Shown here piece by piece: positions 1 to 10,890 of a stretch of 64,000 nt of DNA. Numbering within the stretch: position 1 is the stretch's first letter; each line of letters begins with the position of its first letter. The stretch comes from a virus. Taxonomy: Duplodnaviria; Caudoviricetes. The stretch lies in the IMG/VR virus record IMGVR_UViG_3300010348_001841. One strand, given 5' to 3'. The notes below the pieces were generated by a model. It was not told where the DNA came from, did no database searches, and worked only from the letters and a program-made list of their open reading frames with translations. A program made the translations under genes and the position numbers.

Positions 1-704
1 GCCTGGCCGGTGACGCCTTGGCAGTAGAAGACCGTGACTGCTGAATTAGGTCCAGCCCTAAAAGAATATGTTCTGGTTGTTGTTGATCCACTTGGAGCGG
101 TTACTACCATACAGTAATTGTTACCATCACCTGTATCTGTTGTGAATCCTAGCATCTGTGATCCAATATTTGTTGTTCCTGAAAATATTGCACCCGAAGT
201 AAACACATTGCTTGCAGAGTTCACGGTAAAAAATGAACTTACGGTAATAACAATTGTGCTATCAGCAGAAATAGGTGTAAACGATTGAGACCACAATTGA
301 ACACCTTCTGTACTTAATGGTGTTGTGTTGTCAAAGGGTATCTGCAGATTCGAAGATGTTGACGAAATAGTACCGACGACAGTCTGCAGAACTTTTCCTG
401 TTGCTAACCATGCTGTACCATTATAGTATTCAAGGGCCGATAGGGTAGAATTGAATCGTGTCATGCCGGCGGCTGGCGAACCAGGGCGCTGCGCGGTAGT
501 TCCAATGGGAAGTGTAAGTGATGCAGTGCCGGGTGCTATAAGATTATCGGCAAGCCCAACGGTTAATGATGGCAACGAACCTGTCACTGATGTTTGATTT
601 GCGACACCAGAAACGGCATTAATGCCAGTTGTGGCTGTGAGGACAAGTACACCATTTACATCAGGTGTATCAAGAAAAGATAATGAACCAAGGACTTCTG
701 CCAT
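1..704 (-). CDS. Fibre/virion structural protein, truncated by the window edge
   Basis: Not in the ORF track. ATG at 704 reads MAEVLGSLSFLDTPDVNG...LTLPIGTTAQRPGSPAAGMTRFNSTLSALEYYNGTAW and stays open to the window start. The LPxGTTxQRP..G..R(Y/F)N..EYYNG..W motif is shared with neighbouring genes. Confidence 0.8.
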   Translation of the reverse strand, partial: MAEVLGSLSFLDTPDVNGVLVLTATTGINAVSGVANQTSVTGSLPSLTVGLADNLIAPGTASLTLPIGTTAQRPGSPAAGMTRFNSTLSALEYYNGTAWLATGKVLQTVVGTISSTSSNLQIPFDNTTPLSTEGVQLWSQSFTPISADSTIVITVSSFFTVNSASNVFTSGAIFSGTTNIGSQMLGFTTDTGDGNNYCMVVTAPSGSTTTRTYSFRAGPNSAVTVFYCQGVTGQ

Positions 705-705
705 A

Positions 706-1419
706 TTATTGTACCGGCCTTATATTTGAGTTTGCTATGGTGCTTGCATAATTGTATGTCAATGCTGTTCCTGCACCAGTATTTAGTAATGTATTTCCGT
801 TGCCACTTACATCAGCACAAGAAACAACTGTTGAACCTTGTGCTAATTCATCAAATTCATATGATGCTAGAAGCCCATACGTGATTCCGTGACGGGCACC
901 AAATGCAAGATATATAGATTGAATTTCTGGCTGTGTCAGTGCTCTTCCATAGTATCCATACCAATCTACCTGATATGCGGTTGTTTCATTTGTGGTTCCA
1001 GTAGGTGGATAACCATTTATATATACCTGTGTGAATGCATTTTCATTTACGGGTGCAACTACTGATGTCGCCAATAATGTATCATTTCTATATATCCTGC
1101 TTGTTGTTCCATCAAAGGTATATGTAACAAGAATCCATGTATTATCATAAGCGCCCATTGTGGCAGGACTATTCACGATAACAGAACCACCATACGTCCA
1201 AATAGATAAAATGTTTGCTCCGCGGGCGCCTATCTGAAGCCCGACAGTCGGTGTGCCCGTCTCCGGAACACCATCATAGAGTCCGACGAAACTATAGGTA
1301 TTTCCACTTGACCATACCGCATTTATCCATACCGATATTGAATACGGAAGACCTGCAGACCTGAAATTTGTTCCGGTGCAATATAAATGACGATTTGATG
1401 CATTACACTGTATTGCCAT
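706..1419 (-). CDS. LamG/concanavalin-A-like lectin-fold virion protein
   Basis: YSISVWI, WILVTYTFDGTTSRIYRND and YGRALTQPEIQSIY match the Laminin_G_3 pattern. Confidence 0.75.
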   Translation of the reverse strand: MAIQCNASNRHLYCTGTNFRSAGLPYSISVWINAVWSSGNTYSFVGLYDGVPETGTPTVGLQIGARGANILSIWTYGGSVIVNSPATMGAYDNTWILVTYTFDGTTSRIYRNDTLLATSVVAPVNENAFTQVYINGYPPTGTTNETTAYQVDWYGYYGRALTQPEIQSIYLAFGARHGITYGLLASYEFDELAQGSTVVSCADVSGNGNTLLNTGAGTALTYNYASTIANSNIRPVQ

Positions 1420-2594
1420 TATGAAAATTCCACTGTTAATTCAACCATTAAGAAATTGGCCGCCAAGTTTGTGCCGGTAACACCAGAAACTCTTCTTGTA
1501 AGTTCAAATTGATATGTATTACCGGCAGTTAATCCAGCTGATGCCAATGTACTCGATGTCTGATAATATTGAAAATTAGCATTTGTAGGTATCGAGATGT
1601 TTGCCAATTCGGTGGCAGCCGACCATGCACCTACTGCTGCATTATTGGGTATTAATCTTGAATATATACGCGGCTGAACTACTGATGCAACGCCAGGCGC
1701 TGTTTGCGCTCTGCCTCGAATTTTATAGGTAACCGTGGTTGCACCTGTAGGAATTGAAACCATAAAACCAACACCTTGTTCGACTGTGTTACTAAACAAA
1801 CGAACATTCAGCGATGCATATGTAGGATCTGTCGCTACAGGTGCAATGGCATTTATTGCGAAATCCGAATTTGTCGGTGTGTCTAACGAATTTGCAAAAT
1901 AAGTGAAGCGCGAACCAATTGTAATATTTGTTGTACCCGACCCTGCATCAACTACACCAACTGCTTGACCGGAAAAGTTTAGTTTTGTTGCTGCGGCCGA
2001 AATTGTTACACCATCTTTAGCGGTAATAACCGATGATGGGGTTGATCCACCAGCGACAATCGACTGCCCATTAGCAATAACGACAACCTTTAATGTCCTG
2101 GTATTACCAGTGACTGTAATTCTTACTGTGTTTGCATCTGTGGTTACGACATTATTTGCGGTCACAATTGCATTCGTGTTCGTATCCCACAGTGTCACTA
2201 CGACATTTGTGGTACCTAAATTATGTACGAAATCAGCCCTGTATGAACTACCGGAAATTAATGTCCAGGCAGTTCCGCCGCCGCTCGGAGAAACACCAAT
2301 GTTACCGGCAGCATTTGCACCCATAACATTTGTGTTTACCCAATTTGTTCCATTATATGCAACAACCTGGGAAGCGGTCGGCGATGTTAGTACAACCGGT
2401 AGAAAATTTACCCATGTTGATTGATAAAATTCAATCTGTGCGGTTGTAGAATTATATCTTAGAAGTCCGGTAACAGGTGAACCCGGTCTCTGCCCGGTCG
2501 AGCCGGTAGGTAATACTAAACCACCTGTTCCCCCTATTGTTAAAGAGGATGTGGTGATTGGCGTAATTGTTTCAAGGCTGGTATCAAAATCCAT
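1419..2594 (-). CDS. Fibre/decoration protein (MDFD paralogue)
   Basis: N-terminus MDFDTSLETITP with LPTGSTGQRP..GLLRYN motif; HNLGT..VVVTLWD repeat typical of phage fibres. Confidence 0.7.
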   Translation of the reverse strand: MDFDTSLETITPITTSSLTIGGTGGLVLPTGSTGQRPGSPVTGLLRYNSTTAQIEFYQSTWVNFLPVVLTSPTASQVVAYNGTNWVNTNVMGANAAGNIGVSPSGGGTAWTLISGSSYRADFVHNLGTTNVVVTLWDTNTNAIVTANNVVTTDANTVRITVTGNTRTLKVVVIANGQSIVAGGSTPSSVITAKDGVTISAAATKLNFSGQAVGVVDAGSGTTNITIGSRFTYFANSLDTPTNSDFAINAIAPVATDPTYASLNVRLFSNTVEQGVGFMVSIPTGATTVTYKIRGRAQTAPGVASVVQPRIYSRLIPNNAAVGAWSAATELANISIPTNANFQYYQTSSTLASAGLTAGNTYQFELTRRVSGVTGTNLAANFLMVELTVEFS

Positions 2595-2618
2595 TAGATA
2601 ACCTTCTGCTAATTACAC

Positions 2619-2626
2619 TATTTATC
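2619..2626 (-). promoter_or_regulatory. T4-like late promoter GATAAATA
   Basis: TATTTATC on the + strand, 25 bp upstream of the 2594 start; the motif recurs before most structural genes. Confidence 0.7.
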
Positions 2627-2645
2627 ACATTCCATATATAAAGAG

Positions 2646-2670
2646 AAAAGCCCGGAATTTTCCGGGCTTT
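2646..2670 (-). terminator. Rho-independent terminator
   Basis: AAAAGCCCGGA-ATTT-TCCGGGCTTT inverted repeat after the 850-aa gene. Confidence 0.8.
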
Positions 2671-2685
2671 ATTGGTAATTAGATA

Positions 2686-5238
2686 TTAGTTGGTTACCTG
2701 AGTCAAATAGCAGGTTGCAACCCAGCGATAGGTTTGTGCATTGTTACCTGTAACACGAACCCTTAATGATCCATTTGTTGTATCATTACCAACTACAGGA
2801 TCATTGCCTGCAACAATACTACCGATACGTGCGACAGTAGTTTTGGATGTTCCAGAAATTGTTGTAGTTCCTGCTGTTGCATCTTTGTAGATCAATCCTT
2901 GGAAAATCCACGAACCAAGACTGCCGGTTGCGTCAGTTCTACGAGCAACAATCTTTAATGTGAATGTCCAGGCAGAGTTATTAGGAAGAACGAGCCTTTG
3001 TGTTGCACCAGTACCATCAAGGAACAATTCAGTCTGTGTGTTATTGGTTGTGGTATTTCGAAGAACACCAATGACCTCTTGTGCATCACCGGCAGTGGCG
3101 GTATTACCGTTTGCAATTGCCTTTGTGCCGAAAATATTTGCACTGGTGCCTTGACCTAAACCAATTGCGTTCGTGCCGCTGGCTGCTGATCCATTTCCGA
3201 TAGCCACAGCGTTTGTACCTGTAGCCGATGGGGTAGTTGGTGTAGATGGATTTTCTCTATATAATGAAAGTCCACCATTAGTTAATGTTACCCATGTTGG
3301 TGCTGCGGCACCATTAGATTGTAGATATTGCCCGGAAGTTCCAGCAGCAGTGATAGCCATTGCTGTACCTGAACTGTATACCACACCTCCATTTACCGCT
3401 GTTAAACTAGCATTTGTTCCACCATTTGCAAGTGCAAGTGTACCTGCGACAGTCACTGCACCTGTTGTTGCGGTGTTTGGTGTTAAACCTGTGGTTCCAA
3501 AAGAAATGCTTGTTACACCGGCATTTGCAACAGTAATTGAGCCAGAACCGTTGGTAATAGTAATACCTGAACCTTGTGTAAGGGTAGTTCTTGTAAATCC
3601 AGTTCCATTACCAATATCAATCTGACCGTTTGTTGGTGTACTTGTTAGTCCAGTTCCACCGTTTGCTACAGCAAGTGTTCCAGCAAGTGTGATTGCACCC
3701 GAAGTTGCGGCTGCTGGGGTAAGACCGGTAGTTCCGCCTGCAAAAGTAGTAACTGCTACAGATGAAAGTGCTGTCGGTGCATATGATGTACCTGCGGTCG
3801 AGTATAAGAATTGTCCGGCCGATGGTGCTGTTGTTGTGCCCGAACCGCCCAGTGTTGCAGAAACAGGACTTGTAAGTGAAAATTGATTGCCTGTGAGTGT
3901 TAGGCCAGTTCCTGCTGTATAGGATCCCGAACCTGAGAATTGTGCCCAAACAATGTTTGTTGAACCAATAGTTATAGGTGCGGCAGTTGTTTGTGTCCAA
4001 CCTGTATCAGCATTTGCTGTACCTTGATCGACATAAACAGATGCACCAACTAATTCTGTGCCGGTGTCAGCATCACTGGAACGAACAGGGGCGCCCGAGG
4101 CTTGAACAATATAGATACCGTTTTCAGTCGGTGTTGTCTGATTCTTAATAAGAATTCTATCGCCTGTTGCAAGTGTCACGCCGTCGATTGTCTGGCCATT
4201 TGCAAATGCTGTAGCAAGAGTTCCGTTGGTAGTAGTTGCTGCACGAACAGCCTGTTTCCAAGATAGGCCTGCGATAGCCGCATCCACATAATTTTTTGTG
4301 GCCGCATCAGTGCCTGCCGATGGTGTATTAGAAATTGTAACACTGGCAAATGTAGGCGATGAGGATGTTGCAATATTCTGTGGCAAAGATAATGTTACCG
4401 CGCCTGTTGATGCTGAAACGTTTACTTGGTTTGCAGTACCTGTCAACGATGTTACGCCGGTGTTAGTAATTGTGACTGCGCCGGTTGCACCAGATACCGA
4501 AATACCTGTGCCTGCTACATTGCTTGTTACACCTGTATTATTAATCTGAAATGTGCCAGAACCTGTAGTAGTCGAAATACCAGTGCCCGAGGTAACTGTG
4601 AAAGGTACATATGTGCCACCAGTCTGACCGACAAGTAATTGACCAGCCGTAGGCGCGGTAGTTGTTCCTGTGCCGCCCGATGTGGCACCTAATGTACCTG
4701 CTAATGTTATTGCACCCGTTGTCGCCGTGGAAGGCGTCAGTCCCGATAATGAAGTCTGAAATGATGTTACAGAAACACCTGATAATGTTCCCCACGAAGG
4801 TGCTGAACCTGTTGTGGCAATAAGGACTTGACCGGTAGTTCCTGCGGCAGTCGATCCTACTGCACTTGTACTGTTACCATACAGAACTCCATTTTGTGTT
4901 AGTGTTGTTGCACCTGTACCACCGTTTGCTACAGCAAGCGTTCCTGTTAATGTTAGAGTACCACTTGTTGTAATTGGACCACCACTAAATGTTAGTCCTG
5001 TAGTACCACCAGACGCATTCACAGAAGTTACAGATCCACCAAAATTAGACCAGGCAGACCCATTATAATACTCCATTTGTGTGGCGGTTGTATTCCAACG
5101 CATAGCACCGGCGGCAAGGCCCGATACCGGCTGCTGGCCTGTAGTGCCTGATGGTAACTCAAGGGCACCTGTACCACCAATTGTAAGTATATTCGTACTG
5201 TCCGGTGTTATCGTTTCCGTGGTAAAATCAAAATCCAT
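2686..5238 (-). CDS. Long Gly/Thr-rich fibre protein (850 aa)
   Basis: MDFDF start; repeated GTLAVANGGTG and AGTGIS/TNTGVTS units; DAATKNYVD..GLSWKQAVRAAT..ENGIY block; YadA-head-like ATGTNAVAIG near the C-terminus. Confidence 0.75.
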   Translation of the reverse strand: MDFDFTTETITPDSTNILTIGGTGALELPSGTTGQQPVSGLAAGAMRWNTTATQMEYYNGSAWSNFGGSVTSVNASGGTTGLTFSGGPITTSGTLTLTGTLAVANGGTGATTLTQNGVLYGNSTSAVGSTAAGTTGQVLIATTGSAPSWGTLSGVSVTSFQTSLSGLTPSTATTGAITLAGTLGATSGGTGTTTAPTAGQLLVGQTGGTYVPFTVTSGTGISTTTGSGTFQINNTGVTSNVAGTGISVSGATGAVTITNTGVTSLTGTANQVNVSASTGAVTLSLPQNIATSSSPTFASVTISNTPSAGTDAATKNYVDAAIAGLSWKQAVRAATTTNGTLATAFANGQTIDGVTLATGDRILIKNQTTPTENGIYIVQASGAPVRSSDADTGTELVGASVYVDQGTANADTGWTQTTAAPITIGSTNIVWAQFSGSGSYTAGTGLTLTGNQFSLTSPVSATLGGSGTTTAPSAGQFLYSTAGTSYAPTALSSVAVTTFAGGTTGLTPAAATSGAITLAGTLAVANGGTGLTSTPTNGQIDIGNGTGFTRTTLTQGSGITITNGSGSITVANAGVTSISFGTTGLTPNTATTGAVTVAGTLALANGGTNASLTAVNGGVVYSSGTAMAITAAGTSGQYLQSNGAAAPTWVTLTNGGLSLYRENPSTPTTPSATGTNAVAIGNGSAASGTNAIGLGQGTSANIFGTKAIANGNTATAGDAQEVIGVLRNTTTNNTQTELFLDGTGATQRLVLPNNSAWTFTLKIVARRTDATGSLGSWIFQGLIYKDATAGTTTISGTSKTTVARIGSIVAGNDPVVGNDTTNGSLRVRVTGNNAQTYRWVATCYLTQVTN

Positions 5239-5292
5239 AATTTATTGTCCTCTATGCAAAATTCTTATTTCTATTATTTATGCACATTAATA

Positions 5293-5318
5293 AAAATACC
5301 CGGCTTGCCGGGTATTTT
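5293..5318 (-). terminator. Rho-independent terminator, followed by late promoter CATAAATA at 5275-5282
   Basis: AAAATACCCGGC-TT-GCCGGGTATTTT inverted repeat. Confidence 0.8.
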
Positions 5319-5332
5319 CAGTGTAGTTATAA

Positions 5333-7996
5333 TTAGTTAGTTACTTCTGTTGTCTGTACTGTTGCAACCCAACGAATTGTTTTAGCATTTTCGCCAGTTA
5401 CACGAACACGGAATGCACCAGTTGCGGTATCAACTGATACTGCGGCATCCCATGCTGCATTTGTTTCTCCAAGAACTGTCTTTGAAGGTGTTCCCACAAA
5501 AGTAACAGATCCTGCAGTTGCATCCTTCTTTACAACACCAACAAAGCGATAACCTGCGCCACCGCCAGTTGCATCTGTACGACGACCTGCAACAAGAATA
5601 TCAAAGGTAAACAATGCGTTATCTGGAACAACAATTTGCTCTGACGTACCATTAATAAACAATTCAGTTAGGACGTTTGTAGTTGTTGTATTTCTTACAA
5701 CATAAACACCGTGCTGGGCAGAACCAGGAGTTGTGCTGAATTGGCCATTTGCATATGCCTTCATTCCGGTAATTCTTGCATCTGTTCCATTGCCTACTGC
5801 AAAACCATCAGTAGCTGATGCTTGTGATGCACTGCCAATTGCTACGGCATTATTGCCGGTTGCGACAGGTGTGGTTGGTGTAACTGCATTTTCGGTATAT
5901 AGCTGAAGTGCGCCCGACAGGTCATTGAACACCAAGCCACGGAATGTTGGTTGTGCTGCTCCACCAGATGCAGGACCTGCAAATACTAGATTAGCAGATT
6001 GTGTATTTAAGGTAATTGTGGCAGCTACAGAACCAGTTGTAGTTGTGGTAGGTGTTACTGTGTAGATTGGTGTTGTTGAATTGTCATTCAACGAGAATCC
6101 AGTTACACCAGTGTTCGCAATTGTTAGAACGTTTGCACCTGGTGTTACAGAAATGCCAGCACCGGCCGAAACTGTCTTGTATTCAAGTCCTGTAGCACCT
6201 GTATTGACTGCTAAGAATTGGTTAGCTGTTCCGATGGATGTTAGTCCTGTACCACCATTTGTTGTTGCAAGAGTTCCGGCAAGTGTTACCGCACCTGTTG
6301 TGGCAGTGTTTGGTGTCAATCCTGTTGTGCCTGCGTTGAAACTTGTAACTACTTCGGTGTTATCGATATCAATTGTGATTGATCCAGCACCATTTGTTAC
6401 TGTAATACCTGTGCCGCCAGTGACTGTTCCAGCAACTGGAGGGTTTCCTGTAGAACCAATAAGAATCTGACCGTTTGTTAGCGCACCGGTTGATGTTACA
6501 AGACCACCTGTACCAGCATATAGAGCACCATTAGGTGTTAGAGTATCAACAGTCAACGATGTTGTTACTTCAACCGAACCTGGAGCAATAAATGTCGATG
6601 GAACACTTAATGTTACTGCGCCTGTCGAAGCTGAGACAGAAACTTGATTAGCTGTGCCAGTTAATGAGGTTACGCCTGTATTCGAAATAGTAATCGAGCC
6701 GGCACCATTGGCTACAGAAATACCAGTTCCTGTGCTTAGAGTTGCTAGTGTGTAATCAACACCGTTACCAATTAGAATCTGTCCATTTGTTGGTGTAGAT
6801 GTTGTGCCTGTACCACCATTTGTTGGAGAAACAGGTGTAGTTAGGGAAAACTGATTACCAGTTAGTGTAAGTCCGTTTCCTGCTGTATATGCACCTGCAC
6901 CTGCAAATTGCACGAATTGCAATGGGTCTGTGCCTAATGTCTGCACATCGTCAATCTGTACCCATGCTGTATCAGCATTTGCTGTACCCTGCTCAACGAA
7001 TACGGCAGCGCCGTTAATTTCGTTAATCGGTGTTGTTGAATCCATGTCTGTGGATCTTGTTGGGGCACCAGAAACATTAACAGTATAGATACCATTTTCT
7101 GATTGAGTTGTTTGGTTCTTAATAAGGATACGCATGCCGGTTACTAATGTAACACCGTCAATGACATCTCCATTTTCAAACGATGTGGCAAGAGTTCCAG
7201 GGCCAGTTGTGGCAGCGACCACAGACTGTTTCCATGAAAGTCCATTTGCAAGAGCATCGGCATAATCTTTGTTAACTGCATCGCTGCCATTAACAGGAGC
7301 AGCAAGACCAGTTACAGTGTTTGTGCCACCCATATTTAGGTCACCGGTCATTGTATCGCCGGCTACGTTTACGTAGACGCTGTCAACAAGTGAAGTGATA
7401 TCCGATTGAACTACTGCCGTATTTCCTGTTACACGACCAAAACCATCTAATGTAACCTTAACAAAATTACCTGTATTTGCTTGCGTGACCGATGCAAGAT
7501 CGATAGTTGGATCTGCTGCAATACCATCACCGTTTGTTACTGAAATATTTCCAGATGTGCCCTGAATTGTTCTTGAAGCCCATGTATTTGTGCCTGTAGC
7601 CACAAGAACACCAGTTGTGTTGAAAGTGCCTAATGCTTGTAGACCGGCATCAAGCGTAAAGGTGAAAGTGCCCGCAGATGTGATTGGGGAACCAGTGACT
7701 GTTAGGCTTGATGAATTCGAAACTGCTGCAACAGATGTAACAGTGCTTGAAGATGTGGAAAGTGGTGACCATAGTGTACCGTTCCAGTATTCCAACAATG
7801 TTGTTTCTGTGTTATAGCGGAACATACCTGTATCAGGTGTGCCTGGTTGTTCAGCAGTAGTTCCCTTAGGTACGGTAATAGCACCATTACCGATGACAGT
7901 TAAGACACCTGCTGTGCCACCCAATGGTGGTAAGGTTGTTACATCAAGGGTTTGAAGTCCACCAAAAATCGCACCCGTATCAAAATTGAAATCCAT
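5333..7996 (-). CDS. Long fibre protein, paralogue of 2686..5238
   Basis: Same architecture: MDFNF start, DAVNKDYAD..GLSWKQSV..ENGIY, LYTEN..ATGNNAVAIG, C-terminal RWVATVQTTEVTN. Confidence 0.75.
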   Translation of the reverse strand: MDFNFDTGAIFGGLQTLDVTTLPPLGGTAGVLTVIGNGAITVPKGTTAEQPGTPDTGMFRYNTETTLLEYWNGTLWSPLSTSSSTVTSVAAVSNSSSLTVTGSPITSAGTFTFTLDAGLQALGTFNTTGVLVATGTNTWASRTIQGTSGNISVTNGDGIAADPTIDLASVTQANTGNFVKVTLDGFGRVTGNTAVVQSDITSLVDSVYVNVAGDTMTGDLNMGGTNTVTGLAAPVNGSDAVNKDYADALANGLSWKQSVVAATTGPGTLATSFENGDVIDGVTLVTGMRILIKNQTTQSENGIYTVNVSGAPTRSTDMDSTTPINEINGAAVFVEQGTANADTAWVQIDDVQTLGTDPLQFVQFAGAGAYTAGNGLTLTGNQFSLTTPVSPTNGGTGTTSTPTNGQILIGNGVDYTLATLSTGTGISVANGAGSITISNTGVTSLTGTANQVSVSASTGAVTLSVPSTFIAPGSVEVTTSLTVDTLTPNGALYAGTGGLVTSTGALTNGQILIGSTGNPPVAGTVTGGTGITVTNGAGSITIDIDNTEVVTSFNAGTTGLTPNTATTGAVTLAGTLATTNGGTGLTSIGTANQFLAVNTGATGLEYKTVSAGAGISVTPGANVLTIANTGVTGFSLNDNSTTPIYTVTPTTTTTGSVAATITLNTQSANLVFAGPASGGAAQPTFRGLVFNDLSGALQLYTENAVTPTTPVATGNNAVAIGSASQASATDGFAVGNGTDARITGMKAYANGQFSTTPGSAQHGVYVVRNTTTTNVLTELFINGTSEQIVVPDNALFTFDILVAGRRTDATGGGAGYRFVGVVKKDATAGSVTFVGTPSKTVLGETNAAWDAAVSVDTATGAFRVRVTGENAKTIRWVATVQTTEVTN

Positions 7997-8010
7997 TTAT
8001 AATTGTTCCT

Positions 8011-9192
8011 TTAGTTTGTGACTTCGACTGTCTCGACCAATGCGACCCATCGTATAATTTTGCCATTTTCGCCCGTCACAGAAATTTTTAGCGAACCATT
8101 TATGGCATCTGCAGATATATTTATATCCCAACTTGGATTAGATTCAGCTAACACCGTCTTTTGAATCGATCCCTGAATTCCTGTAGTAGAAACACCAGAT
8201 CCACGATAGATCACGCCTGCTGCTGTATACCCTGCATGACCGTCACCTAGATCTGTTCTGTGTGCTGTGACTGTGATCTTGAAAGTCCAGGTTGAATTAT
8301 CCGGTAATACTACTCTAACCGAACCGCCCGTACCATCAACAAAAAGTTCTTGTGGGGCATTATTAATTGTTGTGCCCCTAACCATATAACGACCTACTTG
8401 TGCATCGCCGTTATTCGAAAATCTGCCACTTGCTTGTACAACTCCGCCTGGAATTCTAGCCAGAGATTGAAGACCGATGGCTAAAGAATTATTTGCCCCC
8501 GTCTGAGTTTCTGCGCCAGAACCAATGGCAACAGAATCAAGGGCTTGTGCTACGGGTGCGGTAAAACCATTAACCTTTTCACTATAAAGATTAGGTTTTG
8601 TTGCAATTACATTCCAACTTGAACCGTTATATCTATAGATTGCATTCCCATTTGTGACTGCCTGGTCAATATAGATAGCGCCTAGTGATGCTACGCCAAC
8701 CGGTGCCCCAGTACCTTCTTGCATACTAGGCGCGCCGCCGGCGTTAATTACTTGTAGTTGATTTGTAACATTTCCAAGGCCGGCTTGTGCAGGCGTAATA
8801 GAAATTGGTGCATTTGTTGCTGAGGTTATCTGGCCTTTAGAATTTACAGTGAAAGCGCCGACAATTGATGAGGAACCGTATGTTCCTGCAATTACCCCAG
8901 TTGGAGAAATAGTTGTTGTTACAGGAGATAAACCGCTGCCTGTAACATCGCCTATAAGTGTTATCGATCCTGCTGATGGATTCTGCCAAGATAAAATTCC
9001 GGCGCCATTTGTTGTCAGCACTTGGCCAGAAGTTCCAGATGTTATTGGATAACTATTTCCTGTAATTACTACAGGATTACCGCCGTTGCTTATTGGAAAA
9101 TTATTTGTATTTAGTGGACCACCGAGTGAGGGCGAGGTATCATCTACGACAAGAGTATTATGTGCTAATAACGAACTGACTTTGATAACCAT
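8011..9192 (-). CDS. Short fibre protein sharing the C-terminal domain of the two long fibres
   Basis: DTSPSLGGPL, GTSGQVLTTNG, LYSEK..SVAIG, ELFVDG..VVLPDNSTWTF, RWVALVETVEVTN. Late promoter at 9223-9230. Confidence 0.75.
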   Translation of the reverse strand: MVIKVSSLLAHNTLVVDDTSPSLGGPLNTNNFPISNGGNPVVITGNSYPITSGTSGQVLTTNGAGILSWQNPSAGSITLIGDVTGSGLSPVTTTISPTGVIAGTYGSSSIVGAFTVNSKGQITSATNAPISITPAQAGLGNVTNQLQVINAGGAPSMQEGTGAPVGVASLGAIYIDQAVTNGNAIYRYNGSSWNVIATKPNLYSEKVNGFTAPVAQALDSVAIGSGAETQTGANNSLAIGLQSLARIPGGVVQASGRFSNNGDAQVGRYMVRGTTINNAPQELFVDGTGGSVRVVLPDNSTWTFKITVTAHRTDLGDGHAGYTAAGVIYRGSGVSTTGIQGSIQKTVLAESNPSWDINISADAINGSLKISVTGENGKIIRWVALVETVEVTN

Positions 9193-9259
9193 AATGAATT
9201 CCCGTTACCCCGGTGTTTTCATTATTTATCACATTTTCAATAATTTATAACCAAGGAGT

Positions 9260-10138
9260 TTATACCAATGGAACACCTCTCCAGGCCCCATTTATGTAGA
9301 TATATAATGTGGACTCCGAGGTGTCAACGTACATCGGTACCATACCGGGTATGGAATCGGGAGTACCAGATGGTGCGCCACCGGTAGATGCTGGTATATA
9401 TATAAATCCGGCAGTCGAGGAATTTGTTATTGTCTGACTACCTACTGCCACACTTCCGTTTGCTGAAGTTAGAAATAAATTGGTATCGCCATCAACTGTA
9501 AGTGTTTGCCCAATCTCTGAAGAAATAAGACCGGGGACCGCTGTTCCTAGAGTTAGTGTTGACGTAATAGAATCATAGACAAAATTTGCACTCGATGTAA
9601 CAGTTCCGGGCGATGTATCACCAAACACAACTTGTGTAGGGCTCACTGGCAACGGACCCGAACCACCACCTCCCATAATTCTCCATGTTGATGGTGCAAC
9701 ACATTCATATATAACTGTCGGCCCCACTACTCGCTGACCTGGTTGAATTGTAGGATATGCTGCATTCAGCTGTGGAACTGTCAGGGCATCATTTGCGGTA
9801 AAGTCAAGAGTAAATGGATAATATTCAAGAACATTTAGTGCAGAAGCACCGATATACATTCCAACATCCGGGGTCACTAGGCCTGACGGCCATGCAGCAT
9901 TATTGATGAGTAGGACACCACCCGACGATACTGCAAGTTCAAGATTTCCGCCTGTGCCGGGAATAACATTTAGATCAATACCGGTAGGTGTAGTTATATT
10001 TCCTGCTGCAAGAGGGTCGTCACCGATATTCAATTGTCTTGAAACATTTGCTTGTCCGATAATACTAAAGTCCACAAATAAAGTGGGATCTGTAGCAGTA
10101 TATCTAATTACACCATCTTGAACTTTTACTTTTTGCAT
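9260..10138 (-). CDS. Hypothetical virion protein
   Basis: 292-aa ORF in the fibre cluster; late promoter TATTTATC at 10160-10167. Confidence 0.6.
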   Translation of the reverse strand: MQKVKVQDGVIRYTATDPTLFVDFSIIGQANVSRQLNIGDDPLAAGNITTPTGIDLNVIPGTGGNLELAVSSGGVLLINNAAWPSGLVTPDVGMYIGASALNVLEYYPFTLDFTANDALTVPQLNAAYPTIQPGQRVVGPTVIYECVAPSTWRIMGGGGSGPLPVSPTQVVFGDTSPGTVTSSANFVYDSITSTLTLGTAVPGLISSEIGQTLTVDGDTNLFLTSANGSVAVGSQTITNSSTAGFIYIPASTGGAPSGTPDSIPGMVPMYVDTSESTLYIYINGAWRGVPLV

Positions 10139-10233
10139 AGAAGTACCTACCGTTTTCTATATTTATCAGAATTTTATAAAGTGCGATAGGCAATAAAATT
10201 CTAATAAATATGTAATAGAACTTCAGACTTATT

Positions 10234-10890
10234 ATGAACTACAAAAAATTATATGAACAGATAATCAACGTTGCTAGAGAAAGATCTCTATTACCCGGTA
10301 TATATTTTGAAACTCATCATATAGTTCCTAAGTCACTAGGTGGTAGTGATTCTGCATCTAACCTGGTAAAACTTACCGCTAAAGAACACTTTGTTGCACA
10401 TCACCTTCTATGGAAAATTTATAGAAATAAAGAAATGACTCATGCATTTATGTTGATGTGTAACACTAAAAGAGGCGGTGAAAAGTTCAAAATCAATGCA
10501 AAAGAATATCAGCTACTAAAAGAAGACAATCGTAAGTTTAGAAGTGAATTTATGAATGGCAGACCTGGTAATAATTTAGGTAAGACATTGCCACAGGAAT
10601 GGCGCGATAATATTTCTAAGGGGCAAAAAGGCAAACCTAAGAAAAAAGGAAATCCTTCTCCGTTCAAAGGAAAAACACACACAATTGAAACTAAAAGAAA
10701 GATTAGTGAAAAACGTAAAGGTATAGCAACTAGAACTGGTATTCCTTTTTCAGAAGAAACTAAGAAGATGATGTCTGAGAATAGAAAAGGTAAAACAAAA
10801 CAACCCTGGTCGGAAGAACGAAAAGCTGCCAGATCAGAAATGATGCGAGAGTTACATAAGAAACGTAAACAAGAAAAAAGCCCCGAATAA
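10234..10890 (+). mobile_element. Free-standing HNH homing endonuclease with NUMOD3-like repeats
   Basis: ETHHIVPKSLGGSDSASNLVKLTAKEHFVAHHLL; C-terminal KGKTHTIETKRKISE and SEETKKMMSE. Late promoter AATAAATA at 10203-10210. Confidence 0.9.
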
